DNA of 63,296 nucleotides, the filler included, from Choristocarpus tenellus KU-1152 (taxonomy: Eukaryota; Protista; Phaeophyceae), in NCBI GenBank assembly GCA_964200185.2. It is 9 parts of 9 records of this genome, joined end to end, with 100 filler letters (N's around TTAATTAATTAA, not from the genome) between each part and the next. Parts side by side here need not be neighbours in the genome. Positions count along the whole stretch, not along the records: positions 25,482 to 36,426 come from CAXNAD020002611.1; positions 36,527 to 43,212 come from CAXNAD020007566.1; positions 43,313 to 48,271 come from CAXNAD020012376.1; positions 48,372 to 53,459 come from CAXNAD020011921.1; 5 more parts are not named here. The stretch is one strand, 5' to 3'. Below the pieces are notes generated by a model. The model did not search any database and was not told the DNA's origin. It saw only the letters and a list, made by a program, of their open reading frames with translations. Below are positions 36,134 through 48,439 of the stretch, piece by piece (the stretch's first letter is position 1; each line of letters opens with the position of its first letter). Made by a program: the position numbers and the translations under genes.

Positions 36134-36426
36134 CGATAATGGAGTAATGTTTGTGAGTACACTTCTCTGTGACTCTGATGGAGCTCAGAACATACTGTGA
36201 TGGTGATTCAACTGCTTTTAGGTGTGCTCCCCGTTTCCAACAGTCAATGATGGACCACTTTTTGCTGAACATTATTGTTACTCTCCCCCATCCCCTGAAT
36301 GACTGTGGACCGAAATATTTGTAGGCAAGGACATCTGCAGCCAAGGTTTGATCCGTTTGGTCCCCCCATGCCTGGACAGCTGTTTGGTCCTGGTAGGGGT
36401 GGGGGTGCAGGCCGTGGGCTGGGGAG
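28295..36426 (+). CDS. PSMF1: PI31-family proteasome regulator with N-terminal ubiquitin-like domain; exons 28295-28494, 28749-28868, 29704-29910, 30778-30956, 32270-32477, 33289-33497, 34085-34249, 36325->36426; start uncertain, 3' end in gap
   Basis: FP-domain motifs LHCLLISRGF..LVPTGW..VRFRY; Pro/Gly-rich C-terminus DDPLRVGP, GDFDGDLFP, GPDHPMF, PRFDPFGP; Ubl-like LKVSLPDGRRVTVEM..TLRDLRARISVLCGIPPQEQVL; all junction phases consistent. Confidence 0.85.
30268..30444. repeat. 21-bp minisatellite (~8 degenerate units) in a PI31 intron
   Basis: Unit tgttttgatacaactggtaag and variants. Confidence 0.85.
31958..31987 (+). repeat. Interstitial (TTAGGG)5
   Basis: Five perfect TTAGGG units; shorter runs near 26530-26548, 50733 and 57941. 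Confidence 0.9.
33093..33164. repeat. (ACGC)n(AC)n microsatellite
   Basis: Read directly. Confidence 0.95.
34994..35037. repeat. 10-bp tandem repeat CTC(G/T)AGGGTG x~4
   Basis: ctctagggtgctcgagggtgctcgagggtgctctagggtactct. Confidence 0.85.
35754..36014. mobile_element. MITE family A with expanded C-tracts, in a PI31 intron
   Basis: ggctcaaagtatcgcggggg...cccccccagatactttgagcc. Confidence 0.85.
36084..36133. repeat. (ACT)n microsatellite
   Basis: Read directly. Confidence 0.95.
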
Positions 36427-37218
36427 NNNNNNNNNNNNNNNNNNNNNNNNNNNNNNNNNNNNNNNNNNNNTTAATTAATTAANNNNNNNNNNNNNNNNNN
36501 NNNNNNNNNNNNNNNNNNNNNNNNNNCTGTCCCTGCCTGCCCCACCCCCACCCCCCCCCCCACCCCCACCCCCACCCCCACCCCCATATGCCGACAAAAA
36601 AAATTCTGTGGCTATGATTCTAGATTTCTAGTAAAGCCATTGCAGAAGATTCCAGTATCACTCAGTGCATGGATATGCGAGGAAGATTAGCCATTTGCAT
36701 TAGGAAGGGAAGGGAAGGGAACCATTCAAAGCTCTTCATGCCTCCTTGTTGGAGCTTACTTGAGACGATTATTCTCAAACACCAGGATGTTGTGGCAATT
36801 TAGGTTGATGTGAAGGATCCCGTTACTGTGAAGAAACTGAAACAAGAGGTTCGAGGAGAGGGGGGAGGTATGTCAGGGGAGGGTGGCCACATTAACTCAT
36901 ACGTACATGTAACAACAGGACAAGAACAAAACAGTGACCAGGGTATGACCAGCATGTCTCAGGGGAGGTAGGAGCAAGGACCATTGAGCAATCAGCATGG
37001 AGAAACGGGATGAAGTCATTTGGAATAGAATCTGTGCTTTAAAAAGTTGGAAAAGAATCAACCACATGATACCCCCCTCCCTCCCCTCCCCCTGTCCTAA
37101 ACATTCAATCTCGAAGCAGTCAGAAGAAAATGCAATAAAACTCTCGCCGGAGTTTACTCAGCCTAACCATTGCAACCCTGCAATAGAAGAGAAAAAAAAA
37201 ATACCCTTTGATACATGC

Positions 37219-39618
37219 CTGCATCCCCCTGGCTGCATCATGAAGCATCGCAATCTTCTCACAAACTGTCAAGGGCAAAGATGGCTGCAAGTCAGTCTCC
37301 TTCCCCTTGTTTTTGCCATGCAGAAGTTGGTACAGACTCCCATGTGGCGCCAGCTGCATCACCAAGCACTGGTTCGGAGGCACTGTGCATGCCCCATACA
37401 ACTGAACAATGAACTCAAACTATGTGTGCCAGTCAGAAGGAATACGTATCAATATATATATATATATATATCCAAACAAAGGATATTGGGAGGGCGTTAA
37501 TTGGTAACAATCAATAATATTGCAAAATAAATTGCATGGATTTCTAAGGGCATGAAAAAAGTGAAGTCGAAAAAGCCTGGCATAACACAGGTAAAACTCC
37601 ACTATCAAATGGAAGGAAAGAGAGAGTAGGAGGGATGGGAATAGAGATTGGGTAATGGAGGTGGGAGGTGGTATTAACCAAGGAAGGGGCATGTGGTGTT
37701 CATGAAAATATTATTCAGATTGTGAGGAGACATTGACTTCAATACAAACATCAAATCTTCAAAAAAATACTGGTGTTGCTCAAGTTGGTTCTACAACTGA
37801 ACATTCTACTCTACACATAACTTTAGTTAGACCACAAAAAAACGGTCAAGCAACTGGAATTTAACATCCTTACAAGCACCATGTTATTGAAGCAACCAAG
37901 TCTATCCCTTAGACCACAATTCACCTATAGTTGGCCACATGCGGCAATGTTGAGCAGATCTGCAACAGCTGAACCATAGATGCAGCAAAGGTGAGAAAGG
38001 GGAGGTTTGGGGGTGGGATATGATGGTCAACAAGTACATAAAGACGCACCTGTAGTGCCTGATGGGTTCTTACTTCGTTCTTCAAGTCTTCAATCACATT
38101 GCTGTTGAGGCTATTTGGTGCAATGCTGAGCTTCTTCACAGCAACACGTGCACCAAACCATGTCGCCTCCACCACCTACAAATGCACACAAAGTAGACAT
38201 GTTTCTTGTTTGTTCCTCCTATTCAAAACACGTGTGTAGTGTTACAAAGAAGAACCCTCGGCAACCTTCATTTGAATGCCATTTGTTGAAGTGATATTCA
38301 ACCCCTGCAATGCAAGTTTTTATCCAGAGCAATTTTGTGGGACAAAGAGTGGAGTCAAAACATGCCTTGAACGTGTTGAAGGTCTGTATCGTCTTGCTCT
38401 AAAATAAATGTCTTCACTGCACTATGCAATAAAAGCACAACCAATGGTATCAACCACGTTATACTGATTGTACAATTGTTTGGGGTTGTGGTTTACGGCT
38501 GCTATAGTTGGTGTCAAGTATAAAATATAAAACACTGATAACGTGAACTCTCAACATTACTCCACAAAATAAAATAAAACATTGTTCACACTGAGCATAG
38601 TCTTAAAAGTCTAGGAGTACTCTGAACAGTGCTAAGTTGTTCAACTTGGAGGTGTGGGAATGGGGGTTGGGTGAGGGAAAAGGGGATTACACAATCTCTA
38701 TTCAATATCACAACCATAGGATACAATAAAAATTGAGAACTTTCCCCAGCTCAAACACAGAAACCCTCAAAACAGCCCTCCGCCCCACCTCCCCCCATTT
38801 GCAACCATCATTCATCCTTCCTCTTGCTTACGCCAACCCCTCCCACAGACTGTACCATACCCCCTGTACTCACATTACGTATCTGTATCTGGAGTCCTAG
38901 CCCAATCTCTAAACCACAACCCTGACCCAAAAATTACTGCAATATACAAAGAAAATCAACTGTTACAAGAGTGAAATTATTTTAGAGGGTACCAATTTTG
39001 CCCTGTTTGTCCGTTTGGGGCTTGTCTTCCCATGGTCTTTTAAATGACATTTTCCTAATCTCAAGTGTTTTGGAGTAGGTAAAATATATATATTATGAAA
39101 AGGTGTGTCCGGAAGAAGGATATTATTGACACTTCCTAACAAACACGATAGCCAAAATTACATCTAAATCGCAACATTGGATTTTGGCCCCCAAACGGAC
39201 GCAGCTCTACCCTCTAACATGCAAAAATCCAAAGCATGCCACTGAAACCTCACCGTCCCAAACACCCCACAGCCCAAGGGCTTCGACAGGTCTCCAGAAC
39301 CAAGGCCCAGCTGCTCTGGATCTGGTATATCGACCACAAGAAGCATAGAACAGGGAGTGGGCATAAAGAAATAAATTGGGGATGGAACAGGACAGATGAA
39401 ATATATGTCCAGTGTTGTATTGTGCAGTTTATGGCTGGTAATGTCTCCATATTCCACTTCAATATCCAGCTCCTATGGATACAATTCCTTTGATCATGGT
39501 ACGCACCAATCTCAGCGAACCCAGAAACATGGAGTTCGGTCTTCCTTGTCCTGAGCATATTCAGTGCTTTCAAGGTGTCTTCGTGGTCGTTCAATATCTC
39601 AGTTTGGTCCGAACCACT
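37219..39618 (-). CDS. Tyrosine-kinase-like protein kinase, partial; exons 39618-39507, 39321-39254, 38175-38050, 37419-37219; C-lobe not seen before the gap; further 5' exons possible up to ~41300
   Basis: Spliced FAEI|DPEQLGL..PLGCGVFGT|VVEATWFGARVAVKKL..LKNEVRTHQALQ|FEFIVQLYGAC..CLVMQLAPHGSLYQLLH..DAARGMQ: G-loop, VAVK, helix-C Glu, TKL hinge. Confidence 0.88.
38969..39215. mobile_element. MITE family B in a kinase intron, right TIR truncated
   Basis: gagtgaaattattttagagggtacc...ctctaccctctaa. Confidence 0.85.
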
Positions 39619-42002
39619 CTGCAGGAGTGAAATGGAGGGGTGGGGGGACGACTCAGTGCATGCAACAGCTTAGTGAGATCAGGCATAGAAAATCAAACTA
39701 AATCGGAAGGCGGAGGGGAGGATTAATCGTGATTGTGTCGAAGGAATTGTGCACATAGGGCCTGCAGGCAGAGCAGATGTGCTGAGGGAGTAAGGTATAT
39801 GTGCAATCAACACAACAAAACACACTCTCTGACTCCCCACTACACACTAGTACGTTCACCTCGATATTCGAAGAAAAGAGGGATGTGAGTCTCGCCATTT
39901 TTTTTAACCATATTTATGAGGAAGATGCACCTATGCGTTTTAACGCCGCAAACTTACTCGAGCAAAACCCATACGATACGAACAAAAGATGCTCTTTGAA
40001 GCCCCCCCCTCTCTCCTCCTCCACCATTGTGCATTCCAAACCCTTAAGTAGTATACACAGATTGTTCAACTCCACCTTGCAATCCCTCCCTGGTCCATCC
40101 ATCTCCTCGACACACCAGCAACCATGTAATCCTCTCAAGTTCCCAGTTATATACCTTGAACGTTTCTGTTGCGCGTTCGATATCTTCCACTCTGTCACCT
40201 TTGTTCTCATCATCCATTTGTGATTGGTTTACACGTGGCCCCTAAAACAATTTGTTTCCAAAAGGATGAGCAATTTGGGGGTGTGGGGAGGGGTGGGTAC
40301 ATGTGCAAGGACACATAGACAAAATAATATCCCTTCTACTCGTGTTACGATATCTATGGAAGAGGAACAAAAGATGCTGTTCAAGATCAAGCGAGCGTTC
40401 GAGATAATTGTGGTCGACCATATTTAGAGGCAGAGTGGGGCGATACGATACAACAGTTAGTGTGACTCCAAGAGGTGGGCATCACCGAGATTGACCTAGG
40501 GTAGACGTTAGAGGACAGTGCGCCCATGAAACTCAACATGAAATTGGTGTGTAAAATAGTCCGTGGTCATTTCTCAAGATATCCGACGAGCGAATAACTT
40601 ATAGTCAGGTCTCTCGTTCAGGAAGGTCCATGTCATAGAGGGGTCGACAAACGATTTGATCCTCGAACTGGGATACGTTCTGGTACGAAAAAGACAAGAT
40701 TGTAGAATTGTTAGAATTGTAGAAGTGGGGAACTTCATACTCTTTGGGTGAGGTGTGAGGGCAAAATGAAGAGCTTTGGGTCAGATTATTGGGTCATGTA
40801 GGTGGTACAGTGAAATAACTGTGCAACTCCTCTCTTTCCGTACAAGATTAATAGTCCCTTCTTCTTAATGTTTTCCACAATTTTGTACGCCGCCCCTCAT
40901 AAATTGGAACACTCTATATTAGATTTTCTTGCCTCACCTTGACGAAATTGTCTAGTTTGTACCCAACATTAGAATGAAATGATCGACTTCGCACCTATGT
41001 GGTCGTCGTTGAGAATGTGAGTCTGAACGTCTGTCTACTCTACCGCCGTCTTGTACGTTGTGGTCAACGTGCTTGTAGATTTGCCGCTTCATCTTTTTGC
41101 ATCATACCTTGATAACAATACTTCCAAGCATCTTTCAAAAAACAACATTTGAAATATCACTATTTTAAAACAAAATCTGAATATATAGTTAGTTTTAGTA
41201 GTTCTTGGAATCATTCTTACCCACCTTAAAAATCCTGTCCGTTTATTCTCCTCTAGCATTTCCACAAGATTAAAGATACGCCGCCTTAGATCCAGTACTG
41301 AAATGTTTTGAATCGACACAATAGGAAAACAAGAGTATGAATAATCTTCGATGAGACGATGAGGAACAGTATATTATATTTATCTCCTTCTATTCGATGG
41401 GCTCTAATTCAGAATTGGAAGGATCCAATCAGTGTAATAACATTTCCATTTTGAATTATTGAACGTCCTAGAAATAATATGTATGATCATTTTAGAAACT
41501 AGTAGTCGGCTGCCCCCTTTTAAGGCATCCTAGATAAGGCGTGTTTTGGGTGATACTGAGTGTTATTTCCTCGGAGTCCAACTTCAACACTTTCTTTCAT
41601 TCATGATCACATCAATGTAACCTACACAATTCTTTGTATGTACTTTAAGTCATGGTGTTACCAGCGAAACATCGCTTTGTCACTCCTACCATGACGCCCC
41701 TTTCACCACACTTCACTGGGCATATGTGTCGGTGCGGACCCTACCTTCATGAAATTTGTGGCAATATGTGCATCCAGATGGAGACAATGAGATGGGGCTG
41801 CGCTTCGATTGTCACAACTCCCGATGAATGCATTTGTAATGTGGAGAAGAATGAAGAACGGCAACAGTGATAATGAGCCCATTGTTGTGCCAGTGACTTC
41901 TTCTCTTCCACCCAAAAATACCATTGTCACTTCACAACAAGTTGCGTCCCGCACGGATTCGGCTTTGAAGAAAAAATTAAAAACAAGTTTGGGGGCAGTG
42001 CA

Positions 42003-42660
42003 TTGCCCAGCACGTTAAACCACAAAGGAAAGCGTAAGGACAACACACTAGGGAGCGCCAACAAAAGGAGGCGATTATCTTTGATCGAGAAAAGTCTTTT
42101 GCTGGACTTACTAGGTAGGTACAAGATGAACTACGGCGATATAGCCAAGCAACAGGGTATTGAAGTGAGGTCCATCTCAAGAATTCGATCTTGTAAGGAT
42201 GAGATTTAGGAAGCATCTTATTTGGCAGTGGAAAGGGAAGCTGAAAGGCAGTTAGGAAACCATGATACCCAGTGGTAAGCTCTAGTAATTGTTATTATAT
42301 GTGTGTGTTGTAGTACTGTTGTCTCCACTACTACACCAGTTGTAGTTTGTGCTGTCAACAAGCATGCCAACTGCGACTATGTCCTATGCCTAGATCTAAG
42401 TTATTTTTACAACTAATTAATCGCTGATATGTTTTGTGTACATGTTGCTGGATCAGGTAGAAAGCATGATCGCAGACATTGCAATAGAGGTCAGGAGAGT
42501 TGGTCTGCTGGTGACTTGAGACACCATCATGTCATTTGGTATTTAGTCCAAAGTACTTCTTCCGAAAATGCCGCCTGGTGAACATACCAAGGCCTTGGAG
42601 GACTTTGAAAGTAAGGAAAAGGGTAAGAAACTGTTTTTAAAAAACTCTGCGATTGGGGTC
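42003..42660 (+). mobile_element. pogo/Tigger (CENP-B-like) transposase N-terminal remnant
   Basis: KRRRLSLIEKSLLLDLL..YGDIAKQQGIEVRSISRIRSCKDEI* (Psq-type HTH); after an apparent intron VESMIADIAIEVRRVGLLVT*DTIMSFG (CENP-B HTH); several stops, no DDE domain seen. Confidence 0.65.
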
Positions 42661-43145
42661 CGAAAAGTGGAGAGAGGGAGAGAGATATTGTGACTTTGTG
42701 TGGGGGAGGGCATTGAAAGACCTCAAGGTGAAGACAGGAAAGATCCCGACCAACAACAGCATCACTACTAGGGCTCAGGAATGGCTGTAACATGAAGAGG
42801 AGGAGAACGTATGTTTGACTGGGACTAAGGTATAAGTTAGTGGAGGGAGTTTGTGTTACGAGCTCTGCAAGTCAAGGCTGGTGAGGAGTAGTGTTAATTG
42901 TCCGCAGACCAGAGTGTGACATAGGATGATGATGATGATGATGGTGCAGTGGGGGGGGGAGTCTTCTCCATCTCTCTATGTGCTAAAGTTGTCAATTTTT
43001 CTTCAACTGGAGGCAAAGTTGAAAGAGGGTGGATTAAATCAGGCTTCCACCTTGTTGCACAAGAAAAAAATGTAATTCTTGAGTCCTTCTGTTTTGAGGG
43101 TCTGTTCCGATGCAGACAAATATCATATTGTTCTTTTACTGATGG

Positions 43146-43401
43146 GACCCAACGTATCTGGGGGGGGTGGGGGGTCCACACCAGGGTGTCCATTTGGTCA
43201 AAACCAGGAAAANNNNNNNNNNNNNNNNNNNNNNNNNNNNNNNNNNNNNNNNNNNNTTAATTAATTAANNNNNNNNNNNNNNNNNNNNNNNNNNNNNNNN
43301 NNNNNNNNNNNNCTATGCAACCAAATCACCCAAAAATCGCGACATGAAAAAAATTGACCCCAAATGGACAGCCACCCCCACCCTCCCAGATACTTTGAGC
43401 C
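43146..43401. mobile_element. MITE family A halves on either side of an assembly gap
   Basis: Left half 43146-43212, right half 43313-43401; outer flanks do not form a TSD. Confidence 0.8.
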
Positions 43402-43528
43402 CTGAAGGCTCACTCCTCCTTTCTCCTTAATCTACAACCTGTCCAACCCAATAAGGAATAAATTGAGTCATTTATATACGTAAGTTTTGGGAAACATCAG
43501 CTTCTCTAACACCTTATAGCAAGTTTGT

Positions 43529-43786
43529 GAGTGAAAGCATCTTAGAGGGTACGAGTTTTGCCCTGTTTGTCCATTTGGGGCTTGGCTTCCCATGTGGTTT
43601 TTTATTACATTTTCCTACTTCAAAATCTTTCAGAGTAGGTAAAGCGTATGTGTTATGAAAAGGTTTGCCTGGAACAAGGATATTTACACTTCCTAACAAA
43701 TACGATAGATAAAATTACATCGAAATCCCAACGGTGGATTTTTGTCCCCAATGGACGCGGCCCTACCTTCTAAGATACTTTGGCTC
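43529..43786. mobile_element. MITE family B
   Basis: Both TIRs present; flanks TTGT/TTGT. Confidence 0.9.
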
Positions 43787-43880
43787 TTGTCCTTCAAGGA
43801 GACAGTCTTGTTTTGAGCCACACGCACATGTACATAGCACATAGCAAGAAGTCTGATGACCTTAACACTTTTTCACTTAC

Positions 43881-46800
43881 CGATACACTTGTCGAACATT
43901 TTCCCACTTCCAAGAGATCGTGCCTTCAGGATATCTAGAGCGATGGCAAGGTTTGCTGTTGCCGCCACTACCTGCCCAGGCTCAAGGAGTAGCATCCGGA
44001 GGGCAACATGACCCCTGCTGTTCTTTGATGATTTGATAATGCCAGGAAGACCAATGCCTTCTCCCTCACCTAAGCCCCTGTCCCTTCTTGCAAGATCGAA
44101 CTTGGTTGCTACACAGGTCTAGTATCCAGGATACCAGGTAGGTTTATTTGGAGGAGATACATGGGTAGGGGGAATACGAGACGGAAGGCAATAGAGGAGG
44201 GGTGGCAGGGAGGGATGAGTACAGGAGATTTTGAGCGGAACCTGTACAAAGCACCAGACATTCTAAATGGGAAATCAATTAAGGTGTCACCTTGGAAGTG
44301 GAGAGTGCAAAACAAAGCAGTCAGAAGAACGGACGCTGAACAGGAGGAATGGAAAAGGTGTGATATGTTCAGAACGATGAAATGACGCATGTGTGCTGGA
44401 GTAAGGTAGGTAACAAGGAAGTGGATTGAGTGCACTACAAGAAGAAAGCACAACACAATCACCACTCCAACTCTCTCCCCAATACTCTGTACCAAGTATG
44501 TTAAAGTACCTTATACACAAGGCATTTTGTTTTGTCATCATTGTAGAGTGGATTATTCACACCATTTCAAGCCATAGACCCTTGCCAAGGGCAGGGAGAA
44601 GGAGATGCCCCAAGTCGGCCATATATCCTATGGACTCTGCGTGACAAATTTACTTTATATAATTGGCCGACCATAGGTGTCGCGTTTCTTGACATACCCC
44701 CTAGCCCTCAATCTTCTTACATGAATCATAGGCGCAACCCACTGTAGAACCCTATACTATCTACAATCACCTCTGGCCTTGCGATGAAGTGGGGGAAGTG
44801 GTCAGGGAGAGGTCCTGTGACTCCCCCCGTCACGTTCAGCTGGTCTTGGTTTTCTGGCCCTGTATTCTTCACCTTGATGCACTGTCTAAATAAATCTTCA
44901 CCCTCAAGTTCAACCTGGTTGCATACGAGGACTACTTTAGGCAAGCGGAATGGATTCAGATCAAGGCTGATGGAGAAAGGGGATACTTCTCCACTAACTC
45001 CTCCTACTCACCCTCACAAACACCTCTGCCAGCCCTCGTCAAGTCAGTTTGTCCTTGAAGGTAGTGACAATGGTACTACAGGGCTGTAGTATATAGTGGT
45101 AGATCCGAGTACATTCCCTTCTGCCAATGCTATACAGTTGGTTCTACGTATCTACTCTAGGGGACATTAGCCGCCAATTTCGGAAGGAACAAGACACAGG
45201 CAAGATGAGGAACAGATACAATTGTGCATGGGATTGATGCAAGGAAGAAAAGCACTTGTCCGACCTGACCATGGAAGTGGTTTCCCTGCCAAATCTCCAC
45301 CCTTAGCAGTTCAATGTCTTCGACTGAGGAGTTGGGAGTGGGTGACAGAGCACTGCTTCCCTGCTTGACAACATTATGACCCTGACCATCTTCTTCATCC
45401 TCGCCAATTCTTTGGTCTGATGCGTCTGGCAATGGCAAGAGGAAGGTCTCTTCCTTCCAATAACCGCTATGACCCTTTGAGTTGTGCTCACTGGAATAAT
45501 ATACTGTAGGTCTGTTCCCGCTGTTGTCCCCCCCGCTGTTGTCATTGTTACCTTCAGTGGGCTTATTGATATCAGCCTTGTGAGAGGAAAATGTCGATGG
45601 ATTGGTGCAACCTACCTGTGAGCAAATCAGATCATGTTCAGTTGCTGGAAACTGAACCAACAATTGATACTGTTACAATGTCAACACCGAAGTATTGAAT
45701 TGTGTGAGAGCAGGAGGTACCTATACTTCTACTCCAAAAATTAGATTTCCAAGTTAGCTTGCCCTTTCCTCCCTGATATTAGTTGCGTTAGAGTCGTTAG
45801 TATCAACCGTGCTCCTTGCAGACAGATTCAGCACCCACAACTCTAGTGGGTAATTAGGCAAGACAAGCAGTGTTCCATGCATCAAGCTAGCCGTTCCACC
45901 AACTACATTAGTCTATTTGAACCCAACCACACGTCCACCTACGTTTCTAGAGAACTTACCAGTCAAGCCTTACCTCCACATTATCCCAAAACACTCGAGC
46001 TTCAACATGCCCTCTCATCATTAATGTTCGCTGCAAACCGAATACACCCTCAAGGGTGAGAAATATTGCTCGTTGTGCAGCAGGCAAACGTGGTAGCATC
46101 AACTCGTTCGTTGTAAGGGGTTTATCTGTTTTGAGGATCGATTCCCTTCCTTGATCCTGCACTCCCTTATCATGAACAGAATCATCTCCCTGTCTCCTGA
46201 CATTTATGTCAGCCTCTGCAACTTCCTAAATCAATGAGAATATACATTATACAACCGAACAGGACAGGAAGGTTGGTAAGCACGAGCATTTGCCTAATAT
46301 CAGGGGGTCGTGTCTACTGCAATTACCTCCCTAGGCTTCTACATTGCTATTGGACCCCCGTGTTACTTCAGATTTCATGCTCAATATTTTATTGTCCATT
46401 TGAATTTCGAATTGGTTGGGTCTAGTGCAAGCTCTAGTATCGGCCTATGGCCTGTGGTTTTCGGCAATGCGATATGTATTGATCCAATCTATATACTCCT
46501 AAGAACATCTAAAAGCATATCTGGACATTTCTACAACATTAAATACCAATGGGGTACCTCTTCCTTCAATGGCGTCCTTGTCTCAAGCCCCGTTTCAAGA
46601 CCATTTGCTTTTACTGCGACTCCCTCCACCTGCGCTCGCTGCAATACTGCTTCTTCCATTGCTAGCCTGTGCTCCTTGTTCCTGATATTTGTCCGTCGAG
46701 CCTCCTTTTGTTGTTTCTGACGCTTACGATCCCTTACCTTAGCTGCAGCAGTGCTCCGATTTGTACCATGGATGCTCCCCAATCCAGTTCTACCTCCTTT

Positions 46801-48050
46801 GACGAGACCTCCACCAGAGACTCCATGCCTGCCCTTTTCATTTTTTGTCCGTTGTACTTGCTCCATTGGTACCTCCTGTGTGAGGTGTTGGAGGGTAAGC
46901 GGATAGTGAACAAGGAGATGAGCAAAGGAGAAAGGAGGCAAATGATGGGTAGGGCATGAGAAACCCTCAAGAGCTAGTCGTGGTACATGTTTTCATATTT
47001 TATTATACAATTAGTTATGGCTATTATATACGAAAACTATGACAGTAGGAGAAATGTTACAGGGTGTTTGGTGCTCCAATGCAAAGATGCAGGCAATCAT
47101 AGTTGTCACTCTGATAATGGCAATATATTTCTCCCACACCCTCTTGTTCATCTAAACGACACACTGATAAAATAAAAAATAAAATGGGTAGAAATGCTGA
47201 CGGTTTGGACTACCCTGTATTTTGTTGTATAAATTTTAGAATTTAGGTTCGTAAGTGTGATATGAAATACAAGCACCCTCGAAAATAGATAACTTCTGAA
47301 AGTTTTAGTGTGAAATAGTCTCAGGTCCTCTCTGCTGTTCCTCTCAATCCTGGCAAGAAATTTCAAAAGGCGAGGAAATGTAGAATTAATGAGCTCAGCT
47401 CTTACAAAGAGTGAAAGTATCTTAGAGGGTACGGGTTTTGCCCTGTTTGTCCATTTGGGGCTTGGCTTCTCATACCCTTTTTATGACATTTTACCTACTC
47501 CGAAATGTTTCTGAGTAGTTAAAAAAAATATGTATGAAAAGTTGTGTCCAGAAGACAGATATTGGCACTTCCTTTCAAACACGATGACCAACATTGCATC
47601 AAAATCGTAACATTGGATTTTGACCCCCAAATGGACGCGGCTTTACCCTCTAAGATACTTTGGCTCAAAGAAACTATCAATCACTCTTGGAACAGCAAGG
47701 GGAAAGAGTAGGTGAGTTGAACAGGGTCAAAAGGGTGGGAGAGTAAACGCTCACATCTCGCAACTCGAACGCTGACCTCGCCAATGCCTTGACCTCAGCC
47801 TGTACAGCACGATCTGCCTCCCGTGTCCATGCTCGGATGAATTTCGTTGCTGATTCCATCTCTACTGTCTTTTCCTTTCCCTGGGTTAAGCTTATATCAT
47901 TGCCACCGTTGTCTCCCCTGGTCCGATCACTTGATCTGTTACCCGTGCTGCTAAACTGGAGCTGTGACATTGCTGACTTTACCTCCTGTAACCTGGTGAG
48001 AGCTCCTTGTTTGCTCTTGGCTAATGCAGCAAGGGTTGCGGTGTGGCTGC
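43881..48050 (-). CDS. Part of a large multi-exon gene with C2-like segments; approximate exons 48047-47756, 46873-46558, 46223-45960, 45615-45265, 44914-~44730, 44108-43881
   Basis: Open frames bounded by AG/GT; IFLTLEGVFGL..VEARVFWDNVEV, LLRVEIWQGNHFHGQ|VELEGEDLF and IALDILKARSL resemble C2-domain strands; both ends missing. Confidence 0.55.
47409..47666. mobile_element. MITE family B (intronic)
   Basis: Both TIRs present; flanks AAA/AAA. Confidence 0.9.
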
Positions 48051-48439
48051 ATACGGGAGCTTCCTAAAATTATCATGTGGTTCAATAGAGGGGGAGGATG
48101 TCGAGAGGAGTGCACAACAAGGGGGGAACAGAGCCATGTAATGGATGCCATGTTGCACCATACTCAAGTATGTGGAGGTAGGGGATTTTCCTGACGAACC
48201 TGGGCAGGAAAAGAGTGACGGTGAAGAAATACTAATAACTGGTAAATATAGACCCATAGTATCTGGGGGGGNNNNNNNNNNNNNNNNNNNNNNNNNNNNN
48301 NNNNNNNNNNNNNNNTTAATTAATTAANNNNNNNNNNNNNNNNNNNNNNNNNNNNNNNNNNNNNNNNNNNNTAGCATCGTTTTGAGGTCTTTGGATTTGA
48401 GTTGTACATCCTGGAAGGTGAGCATTGAGGGGCGCCTGT

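Noticed and set aside
43146-43401. Single MITE proving the two contigs are directly adjacent
   Set aside because: Outer flanks (ATGG vs CTGA) do not form a TSD, so these may be two different copies.
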